Assembly: GCA_000165425.1 (NCBI GenBank)
Contig: CT868496.1
Coordinates: forward strand, 62,001-126,000
Reading direction: 5' to 3'
DNA from: Paramecium tetraurelia
Taxonomy: Eukaryota
Length of the DNA: 64,000 nt
Of the stretch, positions 26,807 through 39,728 are shown piece after piece. How positions within the stretch are numbered: position 1 is the first letter of the stretch; every line of letters starts with the position of its first letter. The notes under the pieces were generated by a model that was given only the letters and a program-made list of their open reading frames with translations, was not told where the DNA came from and did no database searches. A program made the position numbers and the translations under genes.

Positions 26807-27031
26807 TATTAAAAATATTCTTTTAATTATCCTTTTATTTTGTTATTATTTAAAGCTAGTAAAATATTTATGTATCAATTTCTTAAAATGACAATTGCAG
26901 CACAAAAAATGAAGCATTTAAAGTTATGGAATTTAAAAGAAGGTGACTGAATCAATTTATGGATTGCTTTTCAAAGTTTAAATTGTAAATTCTCATTTAT
27001 AAAAAAACCATATTAAAATTATTATTCAGAA

Positions 27032-27289
27032 ATGATGAATGAATTCTTTTATAGAATGTGTTTTTAAACTTTGCACTCTCTAAGCGAACTTAAACTTGTT
27101 AATGAGGAGGAGAAACTCATCCTTAAAGATCTAATACTTAGAAATGAATTTAATATTCCTTCTAAGATTAGTGCAGAATAACTTTCTTTCTTTTTTTTAT
27201 ATATAATTAAAAAACACAGGAAGAATTAACCAATAAAGCAAAGCTAACTTCTAATAATTGATGAATAGACCGATGAGGAAATGATTTGA
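27032..27289 (+). CDS. Small hypothetical protein (85 aa)
   Basis: Intact frame MMNEFFYRMCFQTLHSLSELKLVNEEEKLILKDLILRN...EEMI-TGA. Confidence 0.55.
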
Positions 27290-28677
27290 GAGTCCAAAAT
27301 AATTTTGAGTTTTTGTGTATATATATCTCTTAAACAGATTTTAACTAATAATTACTTACTTAGAAAACGAGAAAAGTTCTAGAATTCTTCGAATAAATAA
27401 TTATTTATCGTTAAATTCAAGAATCTTATGCATCTTAATATGAATAATATAAATTTAATAGACATTTTTTTAATAGCAGTATATATCCGAAATTCTTTTC
27501 TTTCCAAAATAAATGCTTTTTTTAACTTAATTTCACATAATTTAAATTCCTTAATAGCAAATCAAATTATTTTATGACACAATCATATTTCTAAAATGCC
27601 CTTAAATATGTTTAGACTCTCTAAGAATAAAATCAAATTTCAAAAGAAGAAAAATCTATACTTAAAATGATAATTGTGAATCAGGATGTTAGTGAAAAGA
27701 TGCTCGACAAAAGAGAGGCTGTGACTTAAGTCTCTTAAAAGTTAAAAACACTCAGGAGAATAAGGAGAATATATTTGTAAACTTCACAAAGCTTAAATTA
27801 AATAACTGAAAAAAGTATGGAAATCGATTTCTGACAACAGCTACCTCTGATCTTTTTATTTATATTTAATTCGTATAATTAAGAACAATAGTTATTCAAT
27901 TTAAATGATCCAATAATTTGGTAGTTTTATTTACAAAATTTTTCAATTAAATTATACAATAAAGAGTGACTTTATAGATTAATAAAACGTATTATTGAAA
28001 TGATCCATATATATATTAAATTAAAATAATATGTAAAAGTCAAAAACAAACTTTTATAGTTTTATAAAATTTTACTTGCTTTTCGTTCAATAAATATTAT
28101 TAAATGGGAACAATAAGAATAAAATGATATCAACTTTTAGAAGTAAAAGTGCTATATTAAGTTTCATCCAGTATTTAAAAGAAGCTAAGAATGTAATTTA
28201 TGAAATAGTTATTAAATTTAAGTATGAAACAATTAAAAAGTAAAAGAAATCCTTTTTTATACCTAATTTAATTTATCAATACACTTAAAACGACTAAAAC
28301 AAATAGATTAAATCAAATAATTTGAAATAAGTTAAAATAATGATGAATGGGATGAATATATCTGTTAATAAGTTTATCTTACTTGATATTCATATGATAT
28401 TTGAATTTAAATGGAGCTAATTAAATAACACATAATAATTAATTACTATAAATTAGTTCCTTTCAACATCATTTATTAATAAAAATAAAGGGACACCCTG
28501 ATTAAAAAGTAGTATTAAAATTTATTTAAAATTGATTTTTGTTTTGAATATCAACATTAAGCCACCAGTTTAGAACAACTCTAATTAAGGAGAGACTCAT
28601 TTAGATGAAAATAAACAAATTTAGTGATTCGCTTATTTTACATAATTTAAATCAGTTAATAAATTTGAATATTAAAA

Positions 28678-30616
28678 ATGAATTAGAGAGATGGACATAC
28701 AGAAAAGATCGAAAAGGACTTTTCAAGATTGTTGGAGAGATATAATCGTTCAAAATAAGTTATCGATTAATTGTATTAATCGGGAGGGAAGAATGATACA
28801 ACAATACGTTCAGAGAAAAATAATAAAGAGGAGAAGGAAAAGGAGTATGTGTCAAGGGAAAAGTATAGCAAAATGAGAAACTTAAACAAAGAGCTTAAAG
28901 TATAAAAAGGAATAATTAAATAAATTAGTTAACTCTAAAAGAATACATAGATAGAACAAAGGAGCTGGAATCTGCAATTAGAGGAAAGGATGATCTTATT
29001 GAAAAGTACGAGAAGGAACTTAGAGAATAATAGGAGAATTTGTATAATCAATTGCAAGAATAGAAAGAATAGATTTTGAAGGAAGATTAATAATCACGAA
29101 TCAATGAAGATCTCAGAACTTAACTATCTTAGGCCAAATAGAAATTAATTAAAAAGAAGGCAAAGATTCAATTGCTAAAGGATTCCCAAAAAACAGTTGA
29201 TGTAAATTAGCTTCTGATTTTGATTTTAGAGTAAATTTGAAGATTAGAAACAAGGGTTCCAATAAGAGTTGGAGAGAGTGCAGAAATTGTGTGAAGAGTT
29301 CTCAAATGAAATGTAAGATTATTAAATTAATGGTTAATTAGTAAAGATTCAGAGAAGAGACTCATATGCTTGAGTGATGAAAATGAACATATATAAATAA
29401 CTATTAGATCAAAAGGAAGAAGATAGAAGATATTTGGAAATGATGATTTAAGAAGAGAGAGATAATACAAATAAGATTAGTGAGCAAAATTTAAGAAATT
29501 TTAGATGAGAAAAAGATATTGTAAATTACAATAGAAAATTAAGGGAAGAGAGTGCAAGATTTAGAGGAACTATTAAAGTAAGCCGAGATAAGATATCAAA
29601 TGTTATAAGGGAAATTAGATTAAGAGAAACAAGGGTTGATAAGTGAGTTATAAGAGACATTACAGAAGAGAAAATAAAAAGCTAAATAGATGCAAACATA
29701 GATCTAATAATTAGAATAGAAATTACAAGATAAATCAAAAGAAGATATTATAGTTAATAAATAAATTTAAGATTTGTAAGGAGAATAAACAAAATTGTAA
29801 TCTTTACTTGAGGATTAAAAACATAAAACTGAGTAAGCAATAAATGAGGCTCAGTTTAAAGTTCAGGAAGTAAAAGAATTGAAAGGAGAAATAGAAAAAT
29901 ATAGATAAACACTCTAAATTCAAGATGAAAAACTATCAAAATATGATGTTTAATATTAGATTGACTAGAAAGAAAAACAAAGATTGGTTCATGAAATTGA
30001 GATTTGCGAATAGGAGAGTAGAAAATTATAACATTTGCTCTATGAATAAGACAGGGAGATAGACTACATGAGACAATAATAAGAATAAGTATAAATTATT
30101 AATAATTTATAGGAAATTTTACATATTGAGAAGAAAGTAGATTCATTGGTTACAGAGGTTCATGTTGCTAGAGAAGAGGCAAATGAATGGAAGAGAAATG
30201 CAAATGATTTGAAAAGATAGTTATAATAATAAGAAGAACAGACTAATTAATTTAAAGCAAAGTATTTGAAGAGCAAATAGAATTCAAAAAATCTGGAAAA
30301 TGAGTAACGATTTGTAATTTAAATATCTAATGATTCATAGCTTGAAGAAAAAGTGAAGTTATTGGAGAATGAAAAACTGCTTGGAGAGAGAGAAGCTTTG
30401 AAAAATACTGTAGTTTAATAAAAATCCAGTTCAATAAAGTAAAATTAAGGTGCTTGGACGAAATCTAAAACATGGATCAAGTAGCATAAAGTAATAGAGA
30501 ATGAATTCTTTATATTAAAATATTAATTTAGGATGAGCAAAAGTCATGGAAAGAATATCCATATTTCTTATCATTATTTAAAACCTACCTCTGACTTACG
30601 AAATCATCCTAAATGA
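28678..30616 (+). CDS. Long coiled-coil protein
   Basis: MNQRDGHTEKIEKDFSRLLERY... E/K/Q-rich heptads; several short introns. Confidence 0.8.
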
Positions 30617-31057
30617 TTTTTGACAAAGATGTCTTAATGAATAAGAAAGAAGTACGGCTGTAGAATTTATAAATATTACAAATAACAAATTATTTCAGAT
30701 GTGAAAAATTTTTATTGCTTTTATTTACAGCATTGCAATGTAAAGCATCTTTTTTAAATGCAGGAGTGAGAACACAAAATGTTCTAGGAATGGTTGTTAT
30801 GATAATATTTCCAAGGTAGATGATCAATTGATTTTTTTATAATCGAATTCAATTAGGTTTTAAAAGATATTGATAAGTTCCTTTAGGATGAATTTTAGCT
30901 GTTGAAGGGTGATACTTTAAGATTGCATGAATACAGGATAATTGATGATTCCAGATGTTTATCAATATATTCAAAATTTAAATGATTGTTTATCATATAT
31001 AAATTTAGAGAGGAATTCAATTATTATTAATGATGAATTATACATGTAGATAATTAT

Positions 31058-31711
31058 TCATTAGCATAGACTATATAAGTTTGTACAGAATTCCTCTATG
31101 GTACATTATTCGGTATGTTAAAAGTAGATGTATCCTTATTATTAATCTATTTATGCTTGTAATCTCTCAGTGATTATCATGTTCTCTAAAAGTTCATAAG
31201 CTTGTTCCTCCTTCAGTTTACAAAATTGGGCCAATTTCTATATGGAGATGTTACTGTAGAATCTCCCAACAGCTGTGATGATATGCTCACAAAATAAATT
31301 AGGATTTGTCTTGGTTTCTCTGGCAAAGGTTTCAATATCAGTCCATTTCAATAAATCTTGCTGTACACTAGAGTGATAAAGGAAATCAAAATACTTTGAT
31401 TTTATAAATGGAAGCCATTTTGACTTTTAACTTCTACTGTCTCTGTAGATGGTCAGAAGAAGTGCTTGTCTCTTTGCAGAGGCTGGGGCTGCCAATCCAT
31501 TAATGATGGCTCTTTCCAAATAAGCTGGGTTCTTTTAACTTAGAGTATAGTAGATGGACGCAGCCTATAATCGTTTTTGATCTTATTCATAAATGAAAGC
31601 CTAAGCAATATCACATTTTAGTTTTTCTTCAGGGCTTAATTTTGCTCTACCTTTTTCTAAGTTTTAGCTTAATATTTATCTTGCCTCTTGATAAGAATAT
31701 GAAATAAACAT
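31058..31711 (-). CDS. PCI-domain protein, COP9 signalosome subunit 4-like (short)
   Basis: RLQAASIYYTLS, AIINGLAAPASAKRQALLLTIYRDSR, EHIITAVGRFYSNISIQKL and MIITERLQAQIDQQQGYIYF resemble the C-terminal half of CSN4. Confidence 0.75.
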
Positions 31712-31730
31712 ACGTAAAATAAATAATATA

Positions 31731-33333
31731 TCAATATTTTAGTTTATTGCCTTCCCAAAATCCAATATAAGTCTACCCGTATTTCTAAGTATAGGTACCT
31801 CGACCCTCCATTTAGTCTTTCTGAAATCCGCCGATGTAACAGTCCCCATTTGAAAAAGTAAGGCTTCCAATTCCATGTTTTCTAATAATCATAAAGTAAG
31901 ATTACTTGTTTTAATAGAAATCGCCTTCATATTTTTAACCAATAATTCAAAATACCTGGAAACTCATTTATATTCAGGAAAGCATCCATGATATCAGGAT
32001 TATTATTGCAATGCACTCCAAAGCCATGGAATTAATTGTTTACAAATTAACCTTCGTATTCAACTGTAGAATCGGCATAGTAAAGTATGCCCTGACCATT
32101 CATTTACTCATTCATGATTTCTCCTTCATAATATCTTCCATCGGCAAATTATAATTTATCCTATTTGACCCGACTTTGATATGGGGAGAGGGAACGATTT
32201 GATTGTATAGGTTAAGGCTATTACTTGTCAAATTATTGTTATTGCTTGGATTATGTAATTGTCTATATCAATTATTAGTTATTTTATTGTAATGAGTTGC
32301 CATAATTTTGGAGACTATTATTTCCAGGTATTGATTAAGAGTTAATAAATTGCTATTCTGGATAGAGTGGAATGTTTATTAATCTTGATGTTTCCACAGG
32401 GGATTTGTAAGGATTTCCTTAGAACTTGGATTAACTGTTGATTTATTAGGGCATCTTCAATAGGAGATTAGTGCTATCAATTATTTTACATTGCTAAGCC
32501 TCTTTCAATCTATTTTGAATGTCTTAGTAACTGTATCTTTGAAATGGCTCCAATTAGAGCATGTTAGAAACGATGTCTGCCAAAGTGCTGGGGTAAATCT
32601 TTTAAAATTCATTAATTCTAGCTGTCAATCTCTATGGATCAATTGTATTGTTCTAATATAGAGAATCACAAGACTTGGCTATGCTTAATTAAACTAATTA
32701 AATACCTAATGCAACATGAAGTAGGAGCATGCCAAAGGTGAAGACGGTTGCTTTTTCAACAGAATACTTAATCGATGGGTCTATTTTGAGTTCTTCTGGT
32801 GCTGGATATAAATGCGGAATCTATTTTCCCCAGAAATCTATGGGTCGATAGGAATTCTCAAAACTTCTCAATTTCCAAACATCATTCTCCCCTTGCCATA
32901 AATTATTGAATCCTATGTATTGTTTTTTATCAAGATTTAATTATGCGAACGCTACACAATCAATCAGATGATACAATTCTTTGGAAGAGTAATCTTGCTA
33001 TCCTCTATTTTGAAGGTACTCAGCAAAACTTTGGACTGGATGTTCAACAAGCAGTTGGAGTTCATAGAAGGTAGAACAGAATTCGTCATGAGTTACAGAG
33101 TTCTGCTTGATAATTTGAAGCAGAGTTTGGCAAGTTCTCGTCTGAGTCAGGTCTTTTACAGCCCTTTTAAAAGAGTCTTCATCGTGATATTTGAAAGTCC
33201 AAAATTCTAATTTTTGCATTGTAGTTTTGTTTTGGAAGAGTATGTATGTTTATTATTTGTCTATGATGTCGAACTATTTGAGGGTTTCTTCAAAAAGCTG
33301 AGATTGAGTTTGTTTTGATTACGGAATTCCCAT
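31731..33333 (-). CDS. Kinase-like (inactive) domain + MORN-repeat protein
   Basis: N-terminal kinase-like fold (YPAPEE, KATVFTFGMLLL) without HRD/DFG; C-terminal MORN repeats YEGEIMNEQMNGQG, YEGQFVNNQFHGFG and YIGGFQKDQMEGRG. Confidence 0.82.
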
Positions 33334-33355
33334 TTAAATTAAAATTAAAACAGAA

Positions 33356-34520
33356 ATGAGCATAAATCAGCCAAAAGAATCGAAAAATGAATAAAAAAGT
33401 AAAGAACGAAAACCAGAGTGATTCAATACCCATTAGATAATAAAAAAGGAGAAAATATAATAATTGAACAAATGATGAAAATTGGATGAACAAATATTTA
33501 ATATTGATATTTATATCACTAGCATCTAGATAATCTCATATTATTATAATAATGGATATTTAAAGATAGCTATTTTGCAAAAGATTCATAGAACTTAATG
33601 GATGAGGATTACATCTCCATAAAATAGGATATGGATTAATTATATTAACTTAGGCAATAAATTAGTTCTATCATTAATAAATACTTTATTTATTTACTCA
33701 ATTAACATGGTTATCTGTTCATCCATATATAAATTGAATATTAATTGCAATAAAGAAAAAAAAAATTAATTTTCTATTTGGATTAATTAAGTTTTTCTTG
33801 AAAGAAGTGGGTTTCCCTTTTCGGATAGTATAAACAAACTGTAATATTAGAGATGGAGCAGTTTAGTATACTCTTGCCATATAGAAATAAGTATAATCAA
33901 AATAGAAGAAGAATAATCTTACTAATTAGGTTAGAGAATGATATAAAAATATTTAATACCATAGTTTTTGAATAACAATATATCGCAAATTTGTGCTTCA
34001 TGTTCTCAGATAGAGGTTTTTTGTTTTGGGTCTAATAAAAATAAATTCAGCAAATTTAAGCAATCTCTTAATTTGGAGATGTTAAAATTCTTGAGTTTTA
34101 AATCTGTTGTTTAAATAAAAGAAGATTGATGAAAGAAAACAAATAATAGGATGAATAAGAGATAATATTTGATAACATAGGAAATTATCAGAATTTTCAT
34201 ATAATTCATTGAAGCAATTATCCATTTGAATACAATCTGAATTCTGATAATTTGATGTGAGTGGTATCAAGGGTTCTAGTACGTTAAGGATTGTAGGAAT
34301 TTGATTAAGTATGGTTGGGACTCTGAAAACTTGAACCTCTTTGTATCATATAAGTGGATATTTTACTTTAACAAACTCTTCTCATCGTCTTGTAGATATC
34401 TATGAAGTTGCTTTAACTTGCTAATGTGAAAATCTTGAGATTAGACATTATGAGTAATGGATGAAGTTCTAGATGACCTTGAATAAATACGCATTAGTAA
34501 TCTTTTACATCAAAATAAGA
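33356..34520 (+). pseudogene. Probable degraded gene remnant
   Basis: Coding-like purine-rich composition, but TGA stops interrupt every frame I tried and short introns do not resolve them. Confidence 0.3.
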
Positions 34521-34610
34521 TTCTCCATCATATTTTATTAATGTCTAAATAATTGTTATAACTTCTTTTTGGCTTAACATAGTTTAACTTGTTATGATGA
34601 TATCTTCTTT

Positions 34611-35590
34611 TCATTAGCAATTTCCAACAATTTAAACCTTATGTTTTGAGATGTCTTACTTTATTCGTTGATTTTCTCCTTCGAGTTGCTGTTGTTCTAC
34701 TTACTTACGTCTACTGATGGATTGAGATCTCATTCTCTCAACTCTGGCCACAACACTGGAGATTTGCTTATTCTCGTACCCCTTAATACTGGCTAATCGT
34801 TGCTTATGCAGTGAAAATGCCCTACTATTGTAAAGACTTACATTCGTCTAGTGCGAAGAGAATCATATTCTTAATAACTCATTAATTAATATTATTCTTC
34901 AACTGTTAGATCTCTAACTACTATTTGATTACTTTCTATTCTAGCATTGCAATTTCAGCTGATTACTCAAATTATGAAATGGCAGCATCCAATTTGCTCC
35001 TCAGTCGAAGGAAGTCCGACTTTAAAGATGCCAAATCAATCTGTTACACATCTTTTCCATTGCATTTTTCCTATCATTTCATTAGAACAAACTCTTACTT
35101 GATGATAAGCCATCGATTTCCGATTGAATTACTTATTACAGTATTAACATGTCTCTATCACGTACTCACACACCTATAAGTGATCCCCCTTTGCCCGTTT
35201 TAATGTTGTTACAAAACACCCTGGAGATGGGCATGGAATGCGTTGAAACTCACATTCTTCAACATGTTTCTAATATTTTTTGTAATCCAGTGTCACTTTA
35301 CAACCATATCGACGATTTACACATCCTATAACCATATCCCTGTAACTCTAGTAAATAGCATTGTTAGCAGGATTGAAATAATTGAGTGCTTTGCATTTCT
35401 AACAAAATATTTTTGGCCCTCTTGATTTCTATTTTAGATCTGCATGACAAGTCTAGCAGAGAGATTTCTAACATCGATAACACTGAAGAGGCTATTAAGG
35501 AACCAATTGGCATTCTATGCATAAATTGGGTTGTATATGCACCTTTACTTGATCCCAATTCAATATTTATCTGGTGTCGATAGGATTCAT
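34611..35590 (-). CDS. RING-like / TRAF-type zinc finger protein
   Basis: CIEC..CYRC..CQTC..CQKC, then CVNRRYGC..HVEECEF, CPSPGC..HLQVCEY and CQYC motifs; coiled-coil tail; three introns. Confidence 0.85.
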
Positions 35591-36067
35591 AATTTATAAT
35601 AATATTAATCACTCTAATTACAATTCAATTAAATATAAGTCTAACACTTCAAATATATAACTCTAATCTTTTGTTTGGTTCTATATTCCATCTCATCCAT
35701 TTCCAAATAGTCTATTATTGTGAAATTTCAATCTTATATTATATATATATTCCTACTCTTAAGTATTAATGTCAACTCTACAAATGACACAACTAAATCT
35801 CATTATTTATATTTTAATTTAATATTATACAATTATTCGCCTATTAATTTCATCATGCCAAAGAATTGCTTCATTTTGTTAAAATAAATAAGCATTTAAT
35901 TTATTAATTTGTTAAGTATAACTATTGAATTATTCATTCATTTTAAAACAATATGCCAAATTCTTTTTCATTCTATTATGATTAATCATTCTTTATAAAA
36001 ACTTTTAATAATTAAAAGGATTAATCATATCCAAATTAATTATCTATTTTTCAAATATAATTTGTTT

Positions 36068-36763
36068 ATGGCAGAAGAATGTTGTTTTGATTGTTAACCA
36101 ACAATCAATTCTGATGAAGATGAGAAGATGATTGATGTGCTGACATTTCCTACTAACTTTTTTGGATTTAGTGAAGCCAGTACTCAATCACCCTCAAACT
36201 CAGAATAAGCTAATTGTCCTATTACATCACCAAGATATAAATTCATGGGTCGATATTACAGCGCAGAATCTCAAGAACAGAATGATTAAATAAGAACTTT
36301 TAAAGATCAAAAACCACTTTAAACTGACTAAAAAACAACCAGTTAAGTTAATAAGTGTTCTAACCTTGACAATTTATCAAATAAAAAAAAATATTAGAAA
36401 CAGTAATATTTTTTCCAGAAAAAAAAAAATTCTGATCGTTTCAATCAAAGAATTTGTTAAGAAAAACCAGAAAATAAGGGGAAAGATAGATAAAGACTAT
36501 CTTTGTCAACTAGATCCAATAATTTAAATGAAAGCAAACTGATTTCCAATAGATTAAATAGTGTTATAAAGGTTAGTTGTTTAAAAGGAACTATGAGTGA
36601 AGATATAAAAATTCGACAACAAAATAATTTTGATATATTCTCCGGAAGAGCTTCAAATAAAAATGTTTGTTTCTAATTTACTATGGAATAAATTAAATCC
36701 ATGAGAAAAAACAATAAATTAAATATATTCAGTACATCCAATGGAAAACTTTTTCTTATTTGA
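36068..36763 (+). CDS. Hypothetical protein
   Basis: Intronless 231-aa frame MAEECCFDCQP... to TGA. Confidence 0.65.
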
Positions 36764-36945
36764 ATTGTGTGAATATAAATATTATAATGGCATTTAATTT
36801 TATATAATAATTTAATTGATATTTATTACATAATCTAAATTCATTATTATAATTAATAAAATATTAAATCCTATTGGATTGATTTATAAAATAGTCTATA
36901 ACAAATTTCACTAATTGAATTAGTCATTATATAAATTATACTTCA

Positions 36946-37911
36946 TCACTTAAACTTATCTTTATCTTTTTTGTCTGAAGGAGTAACATTGAGCTATAAA
37001 CACTTTCCCTTTTATGAATTCTCAGTTATGTACAATACACCAGGTTTTTAGCTAAAAGTTTACAACAAAAGTCTTACACTGAGAAGGTCATGCCAGTTAG
37101 TTCAGGATATTGAGGTAGTACGATATTATCGATATTGATTCCGTTCTAATTATATATGCTGATTAGTCCATCATCAGTAACTTAGGAGAACTCATATCTC
37201 GCAACGTATAAGAGATCATTTGATGACACAGCACAGGCCATAGGACCGAACCTTCCTTAAAATTGAATATAAACACTATTTAAGATAGACTATGATACCT
37301 AAAGTAATAAATTTCAGCATTAGCCTAAACAAATCTTAGAATTCTATTCTTACCTGTTTCACATAAATATATGGTTTTTTGATCATTGCCCATACAGATA
37401 CCACTTGGAAATGAAAGGCAATATAAAGCTAATGCTTTGCATGTTAGATTATCTAAATCTGCTGCGAACAATGATCCTTTACAGTTATCTATTGCAGTTT
37501 CTCCAAAAGGGCCAGAATCAGTAAAAAAAACCATGTCTAATATTGATCAGGTGAAATACTATTTTTAGGAGAGAGCAAAATTGAATTAGGCCCAAGAAGT
37601 GGCATGCCTTCAAACTCATTAATGAAATCAATAATTTCATCGTTGTTCTCATCTTGACTAAACCTCTAAATGCATTATCTAGCCATGTTAGCAACATAAC
37701 AGACCTTATTCTTATTATCCATTTTTATTGAATGTGGTTGACTGGCTACATGAAAAAATGTCTGCTTTGAGAATGTAAATCATACTTTCTATTATCCATC
37801 CTTGTATTAAATTATTTCTCCATTTTATGCTGCTACATAAACAGCTCCATCAACTTCAATTGGACTATTAAGTTAAGATTGCTATTCAATTATAATTTAA
37901 GGAGCAGACAT
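36946..37911 (-). CDS. SMP-30/gluconolactonase/strictosidine-synthase-like beta-propeller
   Basis: FEGMPLLGPNSIL, FFTDSGPFG, LSFPSGI, IYLCETGKNRILRF and GRFGPMACAV motifs. Confidence 0.85.
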
Positions 37912-38112
37912 TTTGAAATTAATTAATGAAAAAATAACAAAATGAATCTCCAATAGCTGAACACTAATTTTGCAACTTAAAAGTTGTTGCATCAAATAAT
38001 GAGGATTAACAACTGATAGTCTATTAGTAATAAGAATTTCTGAATAATTTCATATCTATAAACATATAAATTCGAGTTAATTATCTGTAAATACTTATGT
38101 GAACATTATATA

Positions 38113-39617
<1,505 letters not shown>

Positions 39618-39728
39618 TCAATTACTTTAAATAATAATTTATATTAAATCCAATGATAATAGAAATATAGTGATTTATAAATGAGTAATAATTTGTTTTA
39701 ATACATTAATTTCTTTTTCTATTAAGTT

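Noticed and set aside
30604..30996. Minus-strand open frame between the coiled-coil and CSN4-like genes
   Set aside because: No motifs, and it overlaps the neighbouring gene end; long chance ORFs are common with a single stop codon.
35364..35612. Track ORFs overlapping this region on both strands
   Set aside because: The real frame is the Cys/His-rich RING/TRAF gene starting at 35590.
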